Made by a program: the position numbers and the translations under genes
Notes under the pieces: model-generated
The model's database searches: none
What the model was told of the DNA's origin: nothing
What the model saw: the letters and a program-made list of their open reading frames with translations, nothing else
Assembly: GCA_964016885.1 (NCBI GenBank)
Contig: OZ024743.1
Coordinates: forward strand, 91,574,001-91,638,000
Direction of reading: 5' to 3'
From: Eledone cirrhosa
Lineage: Eukaryota
DNA: 64,000 bases
Shown here: positions 57,620 through 64,000 of the stretch, piece after piece
Layout of the letters: every line of letters starts with the position of its first letter
Position numbering within the stretch: position 1 is the stretch's first letter

Positions 57620-58209
57620 GAATGTGATTAAACGAAATTATTTTTAACCTGTTGACTTACACTTTCTGAATTACTCAGGAGTAAACAGACCCACCCGTGC
57701 ACTTTATTGAGTGCTCTACCCAGCATACTGAAGTGTCGGTAACTAACCAACACATACTCAAATATATATATATATATATATATATATAGGAAAATGTTCA
57801 AGACCCCGACGGCAGAGCTCAAGCCGTTTCGACGGCTATTTCTGGACTCAGAAATAGCCGCCGAAACGGATATCTTTAAACCAGACCTCGACTTAGTTTT
57901 TTCTTAATTTGCTCACCCCATATTTTTCCTCAGAAGGAATGTATGCCATTTTGTGACGGGTTCTCAGGGACATTTATTGCCCTACCCCCCATATCACTAT
58001 AAAATGATGTTTGGTTTCGGCTGAATATTTTATTAAATATTTTCTGGACTCAGAAATAGCCGTCGAATAGAGTCCAGAAATAGCCGTCAAAACGGCTTGA
58101 GCTCTGCCGTCGGGGTCTTTAACATTTTCCTATTACCCACTCTACTACCCAAAGTATTGAGTGCTCTGGTGCGTATTGGTCCACCTGGTTCCTTACTACA
58201 TTTCCTTCG

Positions 58210-58274
<65 letters not shown>

Positions 58275-58281
58275 GGGGTGT

Positions 58282-58332
<51 letters not shown>

Positions 58333-58387
58333 CGTGCGTGCGTGTGTGCGTGTGTGCGTGTGTGTGAGTGTGCGTGTATGTGCGTAC

Positions 58388-58524
58388 GTATAGGGAAACC
58401 GTTCCGATGTACTCAGATGGTAGATTTATTAACACACTCTTCACTTTACCCTCAGTCAGACTAACTGAGATACCAGTTCTTTTGTTTGAGCTAACAATGT
58501 CACCATCTAAATTTACTGCCTTTG
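58388..58524 (-). CDS. Candidate exon of an unidentified minus-strand gene
   Basis: TTTCTATTTAAG acceptor, open KAVNLDGDIVSSNKRTGISVSLTEGKVKSVLINLPSEYIGTVSLY, GTACGC donor; phase-compatible 26-bp exon at 58635-58660. Confidence 0.35.
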
Positions 58525-59450
58525 CTTAAATAGAAATTATTAAGGGCCATAATCATAATGTTTTCGGGGTGCACAATACTTCTAAATACAAGATATTTTA
58601 ATCCCATGATAGAGAGACGTTTTCTTCGCCTTACCACAGAGTACAGTCGGTTTCTTTGCTCTGCAACATACAGACAGCACATGAATCCACACATAATCAC
58701 ATACACACACACATACACTCGCTAACCAGCTCTGCTGGCTTAGCCTCTGTAGAGCTGACTACCAACATCAACACCACTTGTTAGTAAATTCCCTTTTTGA
58801 GGTTCTACATTCATACATGAAGAATTCTACATTCACACACTGTGGATGCCATGGCCTACTGGTAAGGGTATTGGACTTAAGATCATAATGTCGTGGGTTC
58901 GATTCCTGGGATGGTTTGCATGTTGTGTTCTTGAGCAAAACACTTCATTTCACGCTGCTCCAGTACCAGCAATAGACTGGTGTCCTGTACTCTTAGTTAA
59001 TTGACGCCATGAGATTGGGATAACTACTGACCTAACAAACCTTCTGGCTTACAGACAGACGTTAGACATTCACACAATCAATGCTATACAGCTGGATATC
59101 TACTTTTCCTGTTCTCCATTATTTTCGTAGTAAACCATGCAATCAATAAAAATATATAAAAATTAGCGGTGTTTTGTTCGTTTGTCAATTCATACCCACG
59201 TGATTGGGGAAAACTGTTTTACACGCGGTAATATCACGTCACAACAAGTAATTACAACTACTGGTTACCTTGACCACGGCGAGACTTCACAACAACATCT
59301 CCCCCTGACTCACTGAAACACACTTCATTCTCTTGCTGGCCATGGGCTCAACCAACAAACCACTCATTTGCCTACTTCATTAACTTCATCTCACAACACC
59401 TACTACACCAATGAACTAAACAGACAAACAAACAATCTTCTTTATCTTGC

Positions 59451-59496
<46 letters not shown>

Positions 59497-59688
59497 TACC
59501 GAGTTCAATCGTCTGTTAGTAAGGTACTGAATACATTAGTAGAGTGTAAACATCATATTTAATATAGAAATGGCTTCAACGGGACTACAACTGTTTCATT
59601 CAAAAGAGATCATCAGGAAAGCTATCCTGATGATATATTTTGAATGAAACAGTTCTAGTTCTCTAGAAGCCATTTCTATATTAAACAT

Positions 59689-59761
<73 letters not shown>

Positions 59762-59765
<4 letters not shown>

Positions 59766-62629
59766 TGTTATGCTTTGGGAGGGTCATGTTGCCAATAAGA
59801 AACACACGCACCAGTTGCTTTCACTCCAATTTATTATAAATTAAATTTATAAATTTAAGAATTTATAAATTTCCAAATTTCCGGTTGGTTGGTTGGTTCC
59901 ACAGCCGGACGGTTGTTCATATATTGTCAAAGTTCTTTCGTCACACATTCTGTGACCTCTTCAGTGACTGGGGATTCTTTTCTTTGTTTTGTGCCTCTCC
60001 TTTGTTCTGTCCTACGCCATCTTGTTTTTGTGTGTGTTGTGTGCTTAGTTTGCGCATGTGTTACATCCGGGTGTCTCTGTGTGTTTTTATTTGTTTATTT
60101 ATTTGTTTATTTACATGTTACTGGTTGGTTGTTTGTTCAATGTGTGTGTGTGTTTTCATTTTGTCCTTAATTGTAAGTTGTGATGCTGCTATTCCATTCA
60201 TGTTTTCTATTTAATTTTGGTTGGAGTTCATTTATGTTTATTGCCTCTGTGATTTGTCTAAACATTGCGTCTTTTCTGTGTGTAGATTCTATTTTTATTT
60301 CTATGTTCTCTAATTTGCCCTTATGTTCTATTTTAGCATGTTTGAGGAGTATTGATGAATAAAACGAGCAGTGACCCTGTCACAGGACCACCAACACGGC
60401 CAGTCTGTGGAGCTAACATTGCTAGTAACTACAGACTTTCCTACTTCCTCTCCCTGATCATACGCCCCATCATTGAAATGTCCCCATATACATGTGACAG
60501 CACGGAGGACCTCCTCAGCAGAATCAGATATATATGTGACAGCACGGAGGACCTCCTCAGCAGAATCAGTGAAAATAACCGATCTAGGGACCTAACAGAC
60601 TGTATAATAGGTAGTATAGATGTTGTGTCCCTATATCCATCCATTGACGTTGATTTTGCTGTGGAGAAATGCGTAGAAATGATCAGTGAGAACAATGTTG
60701 AATTCCGTGGGATTGATACCAGTGAGCTGGGGCTGCTACTTAAACTTACCTATAGTAATGATTATCTAGATACATATGACCTTAGCAACCTGTGCCCTAC
60801 AAGACCAGCAAGAGGCAGACCACCTACTATTACCTCAATGGCCAAGAAAACCTTACATAGAAAGATGGAACGGGTGGACCAGAGCCATACGGACCCCCGA
60901 AAACCACGATGAACCAAAGAAAATGATTGCACATGCGGTGGGGGCCAGTATAAAATTAACTCTTAAGGAACATATGTTCAAATTTAATAGAAAGACATAT
61001 GCCCAAGAAGAGGGAGCAGCCATTGGTGTTAGCATTGCAGGTGACATAGCTAACCTATTCATGGTATGGTTTGACAATAAACTTAAACTTAAACTTAAAA
61101 ACAATTAGAAAACAGCAACCTCTTAACCCTGATAATGTACTCCCGCTATGTTGATGATATAAACATCGTAGTAAAAACACCCCCACTAGAGAACAGTCAG
61201 GAATTAGAGAAAAACACCATGGAAAGCATCCAGCAAATAGTTAACTCCATCCACTAGAGTATTAGAGTTACTATAGACTACCCAAGCAAACATCCCAACC
61301 ATCGATTACCTGTACTAGACACAGAGCTCTGGTTAGAAACCATTAATAACAAAAAACAAATCCTCCATTCCCATTATGCCAAACCCATGACTTCCAAATA
61401 TCTGATCCACCGAAACTCAGCTGTTTCGGATCACACCAAAATCAACATACTGATTGCGGATTTGGTACGGGTGATGAGAAACGTGTCCCACATGTGCAAC
61501 GCCAAAGAACTAGAGAGACACATACAACACTTCATCCACCGTATGCAGTTTTCTGGTTACACTCAGAGAGGAATAGAACTAGGAATAAGGTTAATAGAAT
61601 AAACTCATGGTATGATAGCAATAAATACCAGAGTGTAATGTTCATCAATACAACCCCTAGAGATGAATTAGTTTACAAATTTAGAAGGGCCATAGATAAA
61701 CATAAACTTAATATTAAGATAGTAGAAAGACCAGGTACCTCCATAAAAACACTTATTAGCAATACATACCCTTTTCAAAGACCTCCCTGTATAGATAAGA
61801 AATGCATAATCTGTAAACTAAGCCCCCATATTAACTGTAAAACTAGAAATGTAGTATATAGCATAAGATGTACTGAAGGACAATGTAAAGATAAGAATAT
61901 AGTGTACATAGGTGAGACAGCTCGTAGTATAGGAGAACGGTTAAATGAACACTGGCGAGAACTTCAAGATAAAAAAGAATCATCAATACTCCACCAACAT
62001 GCTAAAATAGAACATAAGGGCAAATTAGAGAATATAGAAATAAAAATAGAATCTACACACAGAAAAGACGCAATGTTCAGACAAATCACAGAGGCAATAA
62101 ACATAAATAAACTCCAACAAAAATTAAATAGAAAACATGAATGGAATAGCAACATCACAACTTACAATTAAGGACAAAATGAAAACACACACACACATTG
62201 AACAAACAACCAACCAGTAACATGTAAATATACAAATAAATAAACAAATAAAAACATACACATACACCCGGATGTAACACATGCGCAAACTAGCACACAA
62301 CACACACAAAAACAAGATGTCGTAGGACAGAACAAAGGAGAGACACAAAACAAAGAAAAGTATCCCCAGTCACTGAAGAGGTCACAGAATGTGTGACGAA
62401 AGAACTTTGACAATATATGAGCAACCGCCCGGTTATGGAACCAACCAACCAACCGGAAATTTGGAAATTTATAAATTCTTAAATTTATAAATTTAATTTA
62501 TAATAAATTGGAGTGAAAGCAACTGGTGCGTGTGTTTCTTATTGGCAACATGACCCTCCCAAAGCATAACAATATCGGTTTCAACACACGTTTTAAGATA
62601 AAGAATCTTGCTAAACAAATTCAGAAACG

Positions 62630-62631
<2 letters not shown>
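59762..62631 (+). mobile_element. Fold-back PLE: inverted 3' end (59762-60345) + 5'-truncated RT/GIY-YIG copy (60350-62631), Naiad-like
   Basis: GPPTRPVCGA, GSIDVVSLYPSI, long insert, [41 protein letters not shown]; frameshifts; HHRs at 59926-59968(-) and 62369-62411(+). Confidence 0.93.
62369..62411 (+). ncRNA. Minimal hammerhead ribozyme
   Basis: GTCA-CTGAAGA-G-GTCACA-GAATG-TGTGAC-GAAA-GAAC-TT-TGAC. Confidence 0.82.
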
Positions 62632-62687
<56 letters not shown>

Positions 62688-62933
62688 AAGCCGCATAAGC
62701 CGATTGTGCATTGTTGCATAATATATGCAGACAGATAGTGCAGTGCACCTTACTGCTGCATTAGTGCGGCAGAAACTCGAGTCCGGTAACCTTATAGGCA
62801 CCCGTTTTTACGTGTGTTGTGTTGAGGCAAATAACTATGTGTATACTCTGGTAATGTATCTTACATTGCCCATGGAGTGCGCTGAGATACAACCGGTACT
62901 GGCATTGATAACTATGCTGGGTCCGTCAACCCT

Positions 62934-63003
<70 letters not shown>

Positions 63004-63133
63004 GAATCTTTAAAATTCTTCCCACCGAAGTTAACAAAGAACTTACTCGATCTACCAATTCATAATATAATAATATTATAAAATTAAATAAAATTATTTA
63101 GAACTACAAGTGAAATCATTCTTTTCCTTTTTT

Positions 63134-63211
<78 letters not shown>

Positions 63212-63478
63212 AATGTGTAAATTCCCATGATTAGTGCCCCTCCTCCGTCTCAGTACCTCAGACTCTTTCTCCCCCCCTCTCTCTCCTTATATATATATAT
63301 ATATATATATGATTATACACACACACACACACATATATATATAAACTTGATATATATACATATATATATATATACATATTCATAGACAAAGGCATGCACA
63401 CATACACATGCATACATACACATGCACACACTCACACATACACAATAACTAAAACTGTGCTCCAAGTAGTTGTTATAC

Positions 63479-63548
63479 GTCTACAGTGACACTAAACAAG
63501 CTGCCATATTGGAAATGGGAGGAGATATATCGATATCGATCTGGAAAT
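63479..63548 (-). CDS. Candidate exon of an unidentified minus-strand gene
   Basis: CTCTCTTGTAG acceptor, FPDRYRYISSHFQYGSLFSVTVD, GTATAA donor; phase-compatible 22-bp exon at 63630-63651. Confidence 0.33.
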
Positions 63549-64000
63549 CTACAAGAGAGGGTGTGGAGGGTGTCAGTTGAACCTTTGACCTGGCTTGTCA
63601 TCAAGCTGTTTAAATGAGGATTATCTCACTCAACATATTGATTGCAGCAGCCTGTAACAATTGTAGGTGTGGATACATGTCAGTGTATTTGTACAGAGGC
63701 ACATGCACACATGCACACATGCACACATGCACACATGCACACACACACACACACACACATACATACATACATGCACACATGCACACATGCACACACACAT
63801 ACATGCACACATGAACACATGCACACATGCACACATGCACGCATGCACACACACATACATGCACACATGCACACATGAACACATGCACACATGCACACAT
63901 GCCCACACGCACATATGCACACATGCACACATGCACACATGCACACATGCACGCACTCAGACATGCACAAACACACACATAGATATATGAATGGGTAATG

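Overview
AT-rich, microsatellite-dense animal genomic DNA; the SINE repertoire suggests a coleoid cephalopod (Octopus-like, inference). The one well-supported host gene is a + strand SLC22 (organic cation/anion transporter family) gene. I reconstructed it by hand from 9 phase-compatible GT-AG coding exons (13280-42058, 1644 bp, 547 aa); the first coding exon is tentative. The rest is mostly transposon-derived: several families of Penelope-like retroelements (PLEs; RT + GIY-YIG), CRE-like and RTE-like LINE fragments, three SINE families, a deleted mariner, hAT, pogo/Tc1 MITEs, two Helitron-like elements, two homologous 48-bp minisatellites and a 20-bp minisatellite. The main unannotated signal is about 20 intact or degenerate type-I hammerhead ribozyme (HHR) motifs in at least 7 sequence families. 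They lie in PLE terminal repeats and in very small ORF-less palindromic inserts, nearly all flanked by (TA)n and often arranged as fold-backs; several are sense-strand in SLC22 introns. A few possible exons of a second, unidentified minus-strand gene occur at 57-63.7 kb. All calls were made by eye, without database searches or folding software.
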